From UHGV virus genome UHGV-1637875: 34,462 nucleotides of DNA. The stretch is one strand, 5' to 3'. Within the stretch, counting starts at the first letter, position 1. Every line of letters starts with the position of its first letter. Shown here piece after piece: positions 20,030 through 31,215 of the stretch. The stretch is from a virus. The notes beneath the pieces are model-generated. The model worked only from the letters and a program-made list of their open reading frames with translations, was not told the origin of the DNA and made no database searches. The position numbers were made by a program, and so were the translations under genes.

Positions 20030-21204
20030 GTACAGTTTTTAATACATCCCCTGTTAATATTTTGACTGAGCCGATGTTTTTTGGTTCTGGATTGGGTTTA
20101 GCTCGATATGATATTCAACGGCATAGAGTATTTGAAGAACTTATTGAGAAATCTTTATCATTTTTCTGGCGTCCTGAAGAAGTAAACTTAATGATGGATG
20201 CTGCACAGTTTAATAAGCTTCCTCAATATCAGCAGAATATTTTTACTAATAATCTGAAGTATCAATCACTTCTAGATAGCATTCAGGGTCGTGCACCGTC
20301 TGCTGTACTTATGTCATTGATTTCAGACCCAAGCCTTGATACATGGGTTGCTACATGGACTTTTAGTGAAACCATTCACAGTCGTTCATACACTCATATT
20401 ATGCGAAATCTTTATACTGATCCGTCAAAGGTATTTGATGAGATTGTATTAGATAAAGCTATCATGAAACGTGCTGAATCTATTGGTCGTTATTATGATG
20501 ATGTTCTGGACAAGACACGTATTTGGGAAAACGCCAAAGAAAACTTTAGTTATTTTGCTGAAAATGAATATGATTTAGAAGCATATTCAAACAGTCTCAC
20601 TCATTTGGAAGAATGTAAACGAGACCTGATGAAGTCGCTTTATCTCTGTCTGCACGTTATCAATGCTCTGGAAGCTATTCGTTTTTATGTATCCTTTGCA
20701 TGTACTTTCAACTTCCATAAGAACATGGAAATCATGGAAGGTAATGCGAAGATTATGAAATTTATTGCACGTGATGAGCAGCTTCATCTTAAAGGTACAC
20801 AATATATTATTCGTCAACTTCAATCCGGTACTGATGGTGATGAATGGGTTAAAATTGCCAAAGAGTGTGAACAAGAAGCAGTTGATATTTTCATGGAAGT
20901 TAACCGCCAAGAAAAAGATTGGGCAGTTCATTTATTTAAAGATGGCGATGTTCCTGGATTAAATACAAATAGCATGTGGAGCTTTATTGATTACTTAACT
21001 GTATCTCGTATGAAACAGTGTGGTCTTCCATGCCCGATTACCGATGCTCCGGTTAAACATCCATATCCTTGGATTCGTGAATACCTTAATTCTGATAATG
21101 TTCAATCCGCGCCGCAAGAAGTAGAACTGTCATCTTATCTTGTTGCACAGATTGATAATGATGTTGATGATAAAGTTATGATGAGTTTAAAAAAATATTT
21201 TTAA
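20026..21204 (+). CDS. nrdB: Aerobic ribonucleotide reductase small subunit, intronless
   Basis: 392-aa uninterrupted ORF, MSTVFNTSPVNILTEPMFFGSGLGLARYDIQRH...; no intron. Confidence 0.95.
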   Translation: MSTVFNTSPVNILTEPMFFGSGLGLARYDIQRHRVFEELIEKSLSFFWRPEEVNLMMDAAQFNKLPQYQQNIFTNNLKYQSLLDSIQGRAPSAVLMSLISDPSLDTWVATWTFSETIHSRSYTHIMRNLYTDPSKVFDEIVLDKAIMKRAESIGRYYDDVLDKTRIWENAKENFSYFAENEYDLEAYSNSLTHLEECKRDLMKSLYLCLHVINALEAIRFYVSFACTFNFHKNMEIMEGNAKIMKFIARDEQLHLKGTQYIIRQLQSGTDGDEWVKIAKECEQEAVDIFMEVNRQEKDWAVHLFKDGDVPGLNTNSMWSFIDYLTVSRMKQCGLPCPITDAPVKHPYPWIREYLNSDNVQSAPQEVELSSYLVAQIDNDVDDKVMMSLKKYF

Positions 21205-21231
21205 GGAGTGGGCCGCAAGGCCCATTTTATT

Positions 21232-21234
<3 letters not shown>
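21204..21234 (+). promoter_or_regulatory. Split translation-initiation region for denA: Shine-Dalgarno, hairpin, AUG
   Basis: AGGAG (21204-21208), then hairpin tgggcc-gcaa-ggccca (21209-21224, 6-bp stem with GNRA loop), then 7 nt, then ATG at 21232. Linear SD-to-AUG distance is 23 nt; it becomes 7 nt if the hairpin forms. It may also attenuate read-through from nrdB. Confidence 0.45.
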
Positions 21235-22819
<1,585 letters not shown>

Positions 22820-22823
22820 GCTG

Positions 22824-22852
22824 TTTACAAGTCCCTCGTGTTGTGTTATAGT
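22824..22852 (+). promoter_or_regulatory. Early promoter for alc
   Basis: gTTTACA (22823-22829), 17-bp spacer, TATAGT (22847-22852); imperfect dyad agtccctc / gaggact flanks it. Confidence 0.5.
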
Positions 22853-22880
22853 AATCTTACTGACATAACATGAGGACTTT

Positions 22881-23387
22881 ATGATGGATTTGCAGCTTAT
22901 TACTACTGAAATGGTCGTTGAAGCATACGGTGATACTACAGATGGGATTTCTGTATTCAAAGGAAATCGTCGAGTTGGATATATCACCGATCTTAAGAAA
23001 GATTTAGCTAAGCAAGTCAAGCGGAAAACGACCATTAAAGAATATCGAAATCGTCGTCTTGAGCAAGCCCGTGATATGCTTCCTGATGCGGTTGAGGAGA
23101 TGAAAGTCTTTTTAGAAAATCAACTCGCTAAGTATGATTGTGAAGTGTTTATTAATCAGACTCAACCTAATGTTCATATCAATAGCTGCAAATGCTATAT
23201 CATCGTTAATCCTTTGACAGGAAAGCATCGTCTTGGAATTAGTAATCCAAATCGTAGCGCATCGGATATGGCAGAAGATGTTGCGGCGTGCTTTAAAATT
23301 TCTAAATCTCCGGCTGAACATCATATTTTAATTAACGGTCTTTCTCAAGACGATATTATAGAGGTTATTAAAACTTTATGCAATTAA
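22881..23387 (+). CDS. alc: Alc (blocks transcription elongation on cytosine-containing host DNA)
   Basis: About 167 aa, (M)MDLQLITTEMVVEAYGDTTDGISVFKGNRRVGYI...; tandem ATGs at 22881 and 22884, the second having the better spacing from GAGGA. Confidence 0.85.
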   Translation: MMDLQLITTEMVVEAYGDTTDGISVFKGNRRVGYITDLKKDLAKQVKRKTTIKEYRNRRLEQARDMLPDAVEEMKVFLENQLAKYDCEVFINQTQPNVHINSCKCYIIVNPLTGKHRLGISNPNRSASDMAEDVAACFKISKSPAEHHILINGLSQDDIIEVIKTLCN

Positions 23388-23731
23388 GTAATACGACAGC
23401 AGGTTTGCTATTACTTGTAATAGCAATTGGCGGAACATCTATTATTTTAAAAAATAAGGTAGAAAGATTAGAAACGTCTGTTGTAGAAATTACAAAAACG
23501 GCCAATGAAAATGCCTTAGCATTAAATAATTTGCGAATTCAGTATAATTATATTGATGCGATGAATAATAAAAATCGTGAGGCGATTGCTGCTATTGAGC
23601 GTGAAAATGAAAAACTGCGCAAAGATGCAAAGAAGGCGGATGTGGTGGCTCGTAAGCCAGGATTGGTTGAAAAACAAATCAACAACTCCTTCAACAAGTT
23701 CGCAGAAGACATCCAGGACCTTTCTAAATGA
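23378..23731 (+). CDS. pseT.3: Inner-membrane spanin component (Rz-like)
   Basis: 117 aa; N-terminal transmembrane helix (TAGLLLLVIAIGGTSIIL) followed by a charged, probably coiled-coil periplasmic region; directly followed by a lipoprotein gene. Confidence 0.75.
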   Translation: MQLSNTTAGLLLLVIAIGGTSIILKNKVERLETSVVEITKTANENALALNNLRIQYNYIDAMNNKNREAIAAIERENEKLRKDAKKADVVARKPGLVEKQINNSFNKFAEDIQDLSK

Positions 23732-24027
23732 TTAAATTATCTGCAGTAATATTATCTATTGGTCTTCTAGTTGGTTGTTCGACAAAGCCTCTAGAAGTAA
23801 AGAAAGAAACAGTTCATCCTAATTGGCCTGTGCAAATAAAGTCATATGACGAAGCTAAACTATCTTGGCAAGTTAAAGTTATTGATGGTAAAGCTTGGGT
23901 AGGTATGCCATTTGAAGATTCTCAGGAATTTCGTATTTGGCTTAATGATGTAAAACGATATGTACATGACCAGAAAACTATGATATGTTATTATCGTCAA
24001 GAGCTAAAAGAGGATAAATGTAAATGA
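23728..24027 (+). CDS. pseT.2: Outer-membrane lipoprotein spanin component (Rz1-like)
   Basis: 99 aa; signal peptide with lipobox LVGC (MIKLSAVILSIGLLVGCSTKP); overlaps the upstream spanin gene by 4 nt. Confidence 0.75.
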   Translation: MIKLSAVILSIGLLVGCSTKPLEVKKETVHPNWPVQIKSYDEAKLSWQVKVIDGKAWVGMPFEDSQEFRIWLNDVKRYVHDQKTMICYYRQELKEDKCK

Positions 24028-24250
24028 TTTCATGGTATCAATTTGAACATCTAAAAGGATTAATTTATGAATCCGAGATGGCTGCAATGATTTATGGACG
24101 ACAGATTCAACGATTAGAATCTTTACCTCCAACTAATGATGTTTTATTAGCTCAATCACGCGCTAATCTCAAAAATGAATATCAAAATAAGTGGGGTAAA
24201 GCATCTAAAGACCTGCATGATTATATTCAATCATTGGTTGAGAAAAATAA

Positions 24251-24254
<4 letters not shown>
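24024..24254 (+). CDS. Hypothetical protein
   Basis: 76-aa ORF, translationally coupled on both sides (ATGA overlaps). Confidence 0.6.
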
Positions 24255-25454
<1,200 letters not shown>

Positions 25455-25455
<1 letters not shown>

Positions 25456-25652
25456 TGGCGTGGCATCATGAAACTTGGGCTATTATTATTGTAAATAGTG
25501 GTTTAGTCGGTACTAGTAATGGGCAATTTTGTGTATTCACTAGTGAAATCAGAGCTTGGGAGGAATGCCTTAAATTAAGAGAAAAGAATCCTGATGTTGA
25601 ACTAACAGTAAAGAAAACTAAACTGCCTTTACCATGGAAAACTTATGAATAA
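25455..25652 (+). CDS. Hypothetical protein (pseT-cd accessory region)
   Basis: 65-aa ORF; start overlaps the pseT stop (TAATG). Confidence 0.55.
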
Positions 25653-25845
25653 CATAGAAAAGATTTATCGTCTTTGTGATAAAATTGAAAAAGAAAAGAA
25701 ATATCTATTTTGTTTATGGCCTATTGTTGATGGAAGAGTAGGTTTAGATGTTCTTGATTATGAAACAGAAGACAAAGTAGATGGTTCAACTTTTGATAAT
25801 GCGTTGGATGTTATTGATTGGCTCGAAGAAAATTATGTGAGGTAA
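25645..25845 (+). CDS. Hypothetical protein
   Basis: 66-aa acidic ORF. Confidence 0.55.
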   Translation: MNNIEKIYRLCDKIEKEKKYLFCLWPIVDGRVGLDVLDYETEDKVDGSTFDNALDVIDWLEENYVR

Positions 25846-25847
25846 AT

Positions 25848-26123
25848 ATGTTTCCGACTTATTCTAAAATTGTAGAAGTAGTGTTTAGTCAAATTATCGC
25901 TAATAATATGTTTGAAAAGCTTGATAACGCAGCCGAGCTTCGAATTCATGCTCAAGTGACTCATGTATTGAACACTTTGCTTCCAGACCAGGTGGATTCT
26001 GTTGCCATTACGCTGTATCCAGGTTCCGCGCATATCATTGTCGTATTCGGTCTTGATGCTGAGTTAGTTATCAAAGGCGATATTCGTTTTGAATCGCAGA
26101 CAGCAGAATTCAAAGCAATTTAA
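25848..26123 (+). CDS. Hypothetical protein
   Basis: 91 aa from the ATG at 25848 with GTGAGG 5 nt upstream (the track start at 25818 is a TTG). Confidence 0.6.
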   Translation: MFPTYSKIVEVVFSQIIANNMFEKLDNAAELRIHAQVTHVLNTLLPDQVDSVAITLYPGSAHIIVVFGLDAELVIKGDIRFESQTAEFKAI

Positions 26124-26126
26124 TAG

Positions 26127-26164
26127 TTTACTTTACGGTAGAGTTGTGATATTATGGCTCTACC
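26127..26164 (+). promoter_or_regulatory. Early promoter with -10 box nested in a stem-loop (PeSL-type)
   Basis: gTTTACT (26126-26132), 17-bp spacer, TATTAT (26150-26155); dyad ggtagag (26137-26143) / ctctacc (26158-26164). Confidence 0.6.
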
Positions 26165-26185
26165 AAACAAATGAGGAAATTGAAA

Positions 26186-26713
26186 ATGAGCGAATGGTTT
26201 GAAGAAGATAAGGTTTATCGCTTTAAAGCTGGATATAAAGATATTTTTAATGAAACTTGTGGGGCTAATAAACGAATTGCCCAGTTTATTGATGAAAATT
26301 CATTTAAAGTAAAAATTGATCCTGCGAAGAATGTTATTAGCATTAAACGTGAAATTGATGACTGTTGGTATAAAGCTGTTGATGTAATGGGCGAATGCTA
26401 TAAAGATAGCCCGTTATTTTCAATTACTTATATGTCAGAATATTATTTTTTCGAAGAAGTTCAAAAAGATGATTCTGTCAGTAAATTTGAAATTAAAACT
26501 GATAAAGAAATTAAGTGGAAAGTAGTAGGTATTACTGGTTGTATGTTCTATATCTATGCTCAAACTGATACGAAGGAAGAAGCTAAAAAGAAAGCTCTAG
26601 AATATCTTGAAGAGTATGAAGAAGGTCCGGTAATGATTACCCAAGATGCTGAATTAGTTTCTGTCAAATTAGTTAAAAACGTTGAAAGTAAGGAGCTAGG
26701 ATCAACATGCTAA
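26186..26713 (+). CDS. Hypothetical protein
   Basis: 175 aa from the ATG at 26186 with a GAGGAAA ribosome-binding site (an in-frame ATG at 26171 lacks one). Confidence 0.65.
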   Translation: MSEWFEEDKVYRFKAGYKDIFNETCGANKRIAQFIDENSFKVKIDPAKNVISIKREIDDCWYKAVDVMGECYKDSPLFSITYMSEYYFFEEVQKDDSVSKFEIKTDKEIKWKVVGITGCMFYIYAQTDTKEEAKKKALEYLEEYEEGPVMITQDAELVSVKLVKNVESKELGSTC

Positions 26714-26943
26714 GCGAAAAACCAATTACTGTTAAAGAATTCCAAGAAAAAGTTAAACTATTTGCTCAAGAATTGGTAAATAAGGTTTCTGAACGATTTC
26801 CTGAAACATCGGTTCGTGTTATTACCGAAACTCCTCGTTCAGTATTAGTAATTGTGAATCCAGGTGATGGCGATCAAATATCGCATCTTAAATTAGATTT
26901 TGATGGATTAGTTGAAGCACAAAGGGTGTATGGCGTACTATGA
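26707..26943 (+). CDS. Hypothetical protein
   Basis: 78-aa ORF with AGGAG upstream. Confidence 0.6.
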   Translation: MLSEKPITVKEFQEKVKLFAQELVNKVSERFPETSVRVITETPRSVLVIVNPGDGDQISHLKLDFDGLVEAQRVYGVL

Positions 26944-27278
26944 TGAATTTAACTGATATAATTGATAATTGTCTTGAAAATGATACTGGCGATCATAGAG
27001 CGCTTGACTCTGAAACAGCACAGTTCATTAGAATAACTTTAATGAATGACACTCTGGTAAATAGTATTCATCCTTCTGTATATGATGCTATTATTGTGAC
27101 GAAGTATCCAGTTGAGCTTCACAAAAAGATGGTTGGCGCAATTTTTATTGATAAGAAAAACCGCTTTAAAGATGGGCAGAATATAATTAGTTCTGTTATT
27201 AAAAGTATAACTAAACTTCGTCACGAAATTTATCGTGTTGAAACTGCTAAATCTGCTTATCTGGTGATTATGAAATGA
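26940..27278 (+). CDS. Hypothetical protein
   Basis: 112-aa ORF; overlaps neighbours on both sides by 4 nt. Confidence 0.6.
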   Translation: MMNLTDIIDNCLENDTGDHRALDSETAQFIRITLMNDTLVNSIHPSVYDAIIVTKYPVELHKKMVGAIFIDKKNRFKDGQNIISSVIKSITKLRHEIYRVETAKSAYLVIMK

Positions 27279-27856
27279 AAGCGAGTACAGTACTTCAAAT
27301 TGCATATTTAGTATCGCAGGAATCAAAATGTTGCTCCTGGAAGGTAGGAGCAGTAATTGAAAAGAATGGGCGTATTATTTCTACTGGGTATAATGGTTCA
27401 CCCGCAGGGGGTGTGAACTGTTGTGATTATGCTGCTGAGCAAGGTTGGTTATTGAATAAGCCTAAACATACTATCATTCAAGGTCATAAGCCTGAATGTG
27501 TATCATTTGGTTCAACTGATCGTTTTGTCTTGGCGAAAGAACACCGGAGCGCTCACTCTGAATGGTCGTCTAAAAATGAAATTCATGCTGAACTAAATGC
27601 AATTTTGTTTGCTGCACGAAATGGTTCTTCTATTGAAGGTGCTACTATGTATGTAACACTTTCTCCTTGTCCAGATTGTGCAAAAGCGATAGCTCAATCT
27701 GGTATTAAAAAACTGGTTTATTGCGAAACATACGATAAAAATAAACCTGGCTGGGATGATATTCTGCGAAATGCAGGTATTGAAGTGTTTAATGTTCCTA
27801 ATAAAAACTTGAATAAGTTAAACTGGGAAAATATCAACGAATTCTGTGGTGAATAA
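27275..27856 (+). CDS. cd: dCMP deaminase
   Basis: 193 aa; zinc-binding HAELNAI and SPCPDCA motifs; matches T4 Cd. Confidence 0.95.
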   Translation: MKASTVLQIAYLVSQESKCCSWKVGAVIEKNGRIISTGYNGSPAGGVNCCDYAAEQGWLLNKPKHTIIQGHKPECVSFGSTDRFVLAKEHRSAHSEWSSKNEIHAELNAILFAARNGSSIEGATMYVTLSPCPDCAKAIAQSGIKKLVYCETYDKNKPGWDDILRNAGIEVFNVPNKNLNKLNWENINEFCGE

Positions 27857-28092
27857 TGAAATTTCGTTTGGTAAAGCTTACAGCAATTAGTTCTTATTCT
27901 AACGAGAACATCTCGTTTGCTGTAGAGTATAAGAAATATTTTTTCTCTAAATGGAAACAGTATTATAAAACTGATTGGACTAGTATAGATAGACCATATA
28001 GTTGGAAATCTGATTTAGAAAAATGCCAAAAATTACTTTCCACCCTTAAAGAACGTGGAAGAACTCATATTAAAACTGTAATAGGTAAATAA
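27856..28092 (+). CDS. Hypothetical protein (cd-31 region)
   Basis: 78-aa ORF, basic and aromatic-rich; start overlaps the cd stop (TAATG). Confidence 0.6.
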   Translation: MKFRLVKLTAISSYSNENISFAVEYKKYFFSKWKQYYKTDWTSIDRPYSWKSDLEKCQKLLSTLKERGRTHIKTVIGK

Positions 28093-28401
28093 ATGAAACT
28101 GACAACTGAACAGAAAGTAGCAATTCGTGAAATTTTGAAAACTAAATTGTCCATGGGTATTTCAAACGTAGTTTTTGAAAAGTCTGATGGTACTATTCGT
28201 ACTATGAAAGGTACTCGCGATGCTGACTTTATGCCAACCATGCAAACTGGTAAATTGACTGAATCTACTCGGAAAGAATCTACTGATATGATTCCAGTAT
28301 TTGATGTTGAGCTTGGCGAGTGGCGAGGTTTTTCTATTGACAAATTGATTTCTGTTAATGGTATGAAAGTTGAGCATTTACTCCAATTTATTGGTAAATA
28401 A
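28093..28401 (+). CDS. Hypothetical protein (cd-31 region)
   Basis: 102-aa ORF. Confidence 0.6.
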   Translation: MKLTTEQKVAIREILKTKLSMGISNVVFEKSDGTIRTMKGTRDADFMPTMQTGKLTESTRKESTDMIPVFDVELGEWRGFSIDKLISVNGMKVEHLLQFIGK

Positions 28402-28427
28402 ATGCTTTAAGAATTATTTGTTATTAT
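28401..28427 (+). promoter_or_regulatory. Candidate MotA-dependent middle promoter for gene 31
   Basis: aaTGCTTtA (28401-28409) fits the MotA box consensus; 12-bp spacer; TATTAT (28422-28427). Confidence 0.4.
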
Positions 28428-28457
28428 TAATTCATCTGTTAACAAAAAGGAAAAACG

Positions 28458-28793
28458 ATGTCTGAAGTACAACAGCTACCAATTCGTGCTGTCGGTGAAT
28501 ATGTTATTTTAGTTTCTGAACCCGCACAAGCCGGTGATGAAGAAGTTACAGAATCAGGACTTATTATCGGTAAACGTGTTCAAGGTGAAGTTCCTGAACT
28601 GTGTGTAGTTCACTCTGTCGGTCCTGATGTTCCTGAAGGTTTCTGCGAAGTTGGTGATTTGACTTCTCTTCCAGTTGGTCAAATTCGAAATGTTCCGCAT
28701 CCTTTTGTAGCTCTGGGTCTTAAGCAGCCAAAAGAAATTAAACAAAAATTCGTTACCTGTCACTATAAAGCTATTCCGTGTCTTTATAAGTGA
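28458..28793 (+). CDS. 31: Co-chaperonin gp31 (GroES-like; capsid protein folding)
   Basis: 111 aa, [47 protein letters not shown]...; matches T4 gp31. Confidence 0.9.
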
Positions 28794-28801
28794 TATAAAT
28801 A
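28794..28801 (+). promoter_or_regulatory. Possible late promoter (TATAAATA) upstream of rIII
   Basis: Exact TATAAATA directly after the gene 31 stop, about 140 nt upstream of the rIII ATG. The motif is expected several times by chance in an AT-rich genome, so this is tentative. Confidence 0.35.
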
Positions 28802-28940
28802 ATAATATGAATTGGGTGTCGGAATAATAAGTTAACCGAACAATTCTATGTGGTAGTCTACAACTGAGAGATCTGTCGAAAGAAGATGAAATTCAGAAGA
28901 ACGTGACTACCGAGTTTTAATCTCTAACGAGAATTTTTAA

Positions 28941-29189
28941 ATGATTAAACAATTACAACACGCTCTTGAACTGCAACGAAACGCATGGAATAATGGTCAC
29001 GAAAACTATGGCGCATCTATTGATGTTGAAGCCGAAGCTCTTGAAATCCTGCGTTATTTCAAACATCTGAATCCTGCTCAAACTGCATTAGCTGCTGAGC
29101 TTCAGGAAAAAGATGAACTTAAGTATGCTAAGCCTCTGGCTTCTGCTGCACGAAAAGCAGTTCGTCACTTTGTGGTAACACTGAAGTAA
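28941..29189 (+). CDS. rIII: Lysis-inhibition accessory protein rIII
   Basis: 82 aa, MIKQLQHALELQRNAWNNGHENYGASIDVEAEALEILRYFKHLNPAQTALAAELQEKDELKYAKPLASAARKAVRHFVVTLK; matches T4 rIII in sequence and length. Confidence 0.85.
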   Translation: MIKQLQHALELQRNAWNNGHENYGASIDVEAEALEILRYFKHLNPAQTALAAELQEKDELKYAKPLASAARKAVRHFVVTLK

Positions 29190-29434
29190 TTTATTGGAGA
29201 TTCACTGCCTTAGTGTGAGCTAAAATCGAGGAGCCATCGAACTGTCTGATTAATGATTTGCGAATCATTATAGTTTTAAGACCCCGGCAGTTTTATGGTG
29301 TACCTCTTGAATGTGAATGATGACGGGTTTATGGTTATCCTGGTCGTTAAATATCCAAAAACCTATGTTCCCCTTGAGGGCTTGCGCAGGCAATGCCAAT
29401 AAGTCCTGCATTTTCATTTAAAAGAGAATTTATA

Positions 29435-29611
29435 ATGGCAAAACAAGCTAAAGCAAAGAAAGCAGTTGAAAAGAAAGTTGGTGATTCTAAACGCGCTGGC
29501 TACAAGCGTGGGTCGAACTCTCGTATCAATCAAACTGTTGAGAAGATCATGCGCCGAGCACGTGCGGTTCTTCGAGATGATGCTTCTCGTTTTGGTAAGC
29601 AGAAAGCATAA
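29435..29611 (+). CDS. Small basic hypothetical protein (first of nine ORFs between rIII and gene 30)
   Basis: 58 aa from the ATG at 29435 with AAAGAG upstream; lysine/arginine-rich (MAKQAKAKKAVEKKVGDSKRAGYKRG...); followed by a strong terminator. Confidence 0.55.
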   Translation: MAKQAKAKKAVEKKVGDSKRAGYKRGSNSRINQTVEKIMRRARAVLRDDASRFGKQKA

Positions 29612-29616
29612 GTTGA

Positions 29617-29640
29617 GGACTCCTTCGGGAGTCCTTTTTT
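29617..29640 (+). terminator. Rho-independent terminator (UUCG tetraloop)
   Basis: ggactcc-ttcg-ggagtcc followed by tttttt. Confidence 0.8.
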
Positions 29641-29665
29641 ATTTTCCAAAGATTGCATAAAGTTG

Positions 29666-29713
29666 TTTACAGTATGGTTCCTTTGTGATAGTATTATCTT
29701 ACACAAACAAAGG
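29666..29713 (+). promoter_or_regulatory. Early promoter with -10 box nested in a stem-loop (PeSL-type)
   Basis: gTTTACA (29665-29671), 17-bp spacer, TAGTAT (29689-29694); dyad cctttgt (29680-29686) / acaaagg (29707-29713), the right arm abutting the AGGAG of the next gene. Confidence 0.55.
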
Positions 29714-29721
29714 AGAATAAA

Positions 29722-30054
29722 ATGAAAACGATTAATCTGAACGCTGCAGTTAAAACTAAATGCTTCAATGGTAAATATGATGAAACTATGTGGTTCTTAA
29801 TGGCAGTTGAAGGTGATATTATTGAAGTAGAAACAACAGAAGGTATGGGAACAGATTTCACCTTTACAATTCAAGTTCATAATTTCTTTACTGGTTGGAT
29901 TTATGAATTGAATACAGTAATCGTTGGAAAAATTGAACAAAATGAATTAGGTGAATGGTATTATGTTACAGCCCGTCAACGTGCCGAACGCTTAATTGAG
30001 AAGATGAAAAAAGTTGGTAAACTTGACATGCAGCATTGGAAAGTAGTAAAATAA
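29722..30054 (+). CDS. Hypothetical protein
   Basis: 110-aa ORF with an AGGAGA ribosome-binding site. Confidence 0.65.
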   Translation: MKTINLNAAVKTKCFNGKYDETMWFLMAVEGDIIEVETTEGMGTDFTFTIQVHNFFTGWIYELNTVIVGKIEQNELGEWYYVTARQRAERLIEKMKKVGKLDMQHWKVVK

Positions 30055-30057
30055 TTG

Positions 30058-30096
30058 TTTACTTTGGTACAGGATATGATATTATATACCTGTACC
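30058..30096 (+). promoter_or_regulatory. Early promoter with -10 box nested in a stem-loop (PeSL-type)
   Basis: gTTTACT (30057-30063), 16-bp spacer, TATTAT (30080-30085); perfect 8-bp dyad ggtacagg (30066-30073) / cctgtacc (30089-30096). Confidence 0.6.
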
Positions 30097-30121
30097 GCAA
30101 TTAAACATCTTGGAGAATAAA

Positions 30122-30487
30122 ATGAACTACATTAACTTTGAACGTAAATATGTTTCTAATGGTATTGCAGGTTCTATTGATACTATTTGCCTTTGGAAAC
30201 ATCAAAATGGATCAGTATGCGAAATTGAACAGTATATGACTCCTAACTACGTTTATATGCGATTTGAAAATGGCATCACGGTTTCAATCACAATGGAAGG
30301 TTCAAACTTCAAAATCGCTCTGGATGATGATTTTCGTCAACGCGATTTAGGGACCCATCCTTGCTGGAATGGCGCTAATCGTAAGCTTCTGGTTAAAACT
30401 TGGATTCGTCATATTCTGAGTAACAGAGCTAAACCTGAGCATCTTGAAGCAATCTTTGATGTAGTTCTTAACGAATTTGATATTTAA
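30122..30487 (+). CDS. Hypothetical protein
   Basis: 121 aa from the ATG at 30122 with a GGAG ribosome-binding site. Confidence 0.65.
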   Translation: MNYINFERKYVSNGIAGSIDTICLWKHQNGSVCEIEQYMTPNYVYMRFENGITVSITMEGSNFKIALDDDFRQRDLGTHPCWNGANRKLLVKTWIRHILSNRAKPEHLEAIFDVVLNEFDI

Positions 30488-30495
30488 AATAAAAC

Positions 30496-30511
30496 AGGGG
30501 CTTCGGCCCCT
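30496..30511 (+). promoter_or_regulatory. Intercistronic UUCG-tetraloop hairpin
   Basis: aggggc-ttcg-gcccct; no U-run; sits between a stop codon and the GAGGA/ATG of the next ORF. Confidence 0.45.
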
Positions 30512-30527
30512 TACTGAGGAAAATACT

Positions 30528-30815
30528 ATGTTTATGACTACTTATTTTGATACCCGCAAAAATTTCTGTGAAGTTGTTTTCTCTAAGGCGCCTAAAGACC
30601 TTCCTGCTCATTTGCAACCTACCAGTGAATCGATTAAAAATTATGTTGATGTGGTTTGTCCTTTAGAATTCCGTACAGTAAATGGGCGTGATACTTTAGC
30701 TATCGCTAAACTTAATCGTGAAATTGACATTGACCCTTCAATTGCGCGTGAAATTAATATTTCTGATATTGGCGGCGGTAATGTTAAATCACACGGCTTT
30801 CAGATGAGGTTCTGA
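30528..30815 (+). CDS. Hypothetical protein
   Basis: 95 aa from the ATG at 30528 with GAGGA 7 nt upstream (the track start at 30477 is a TTG lying inside the hairpin region). Confidence 0.6.
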   Translation: MFMTTYFDTRKNFCEVVFSKAPKDLPAHLQPTSESIKNYVDVVCPLEFRTVNGRDTLAIAKLNREIDIDPSIAREINISDIGGGNVKSHGFQMRF

Positions 30816-31012
30816 TGAAATTCTTTTTAGGTCAAACTGTTGAATTAAAGGGAGTTGGTATACCTGGATTAATTTCTAAGGTTCTACCTCCATTTAAATG
30901 GAGTGGTGTTCAAATAAAAGAGGCTTATATTGTTTCCTGGGTAGATGGAAATGAAGACCTTCGTATGGGTGATGAATTATCTCCTATTTACGGATTAAAG
31001 GAATTAGTATGA
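30815..31012 (+). CDS. Hypothetical protein
   Basis: 65-aa ORF with a GAGGT ribosome-binding site. Confidence 0.6.
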   Translation: MKFFLGQTVELKGVGIPGLISKVLPPFKWSGVQIKEAYIVSWVDGNEDLRMGDELSPIYGLKELV

Positions 31013-31215
31013 ATATAATTAATAAGATTTTTGGAATTCAGTACATTAAGGTCACATATAAAGTAACAGATAAAAATCCATATACTGATGAACATGAAGA
31101 ACCACAAGTTAAGTCTATTATATTAGAAAAGGACCCTAACTGGCCAGTTGAATTTCGTCTTCCTTGCTATGGTCATTGGGCTGATGTTGAAATTATAAGT
31201 ATTGAAAATGCCTGA
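31009..31215 (+). CDS. Hypothetical protein
   Basis: 68-aa ORF with an AAGGAA ribosome-binding site. Confidence 0.6.
   Translation: MNIINKIFGIQYIKVTYKVTDKNPYTDEHEEPQVKSIILEKDPNWPVEFRLPCYGHWADVEIISIENA

Noticed and set aside
15706-21204. Group I introns in td and nrdB
   Set aside because: Looked for because T4 carries them; both genes are continuous full-length ORFs here, so the introns are absent.
29466-29660. 64-aa plus-strand ORF overlapping the small basic ORF and running through the terminator hairpin
   Set aside because: Alternate frame of a better-supported ORF; it would have to be translated through a strong terminator stem.
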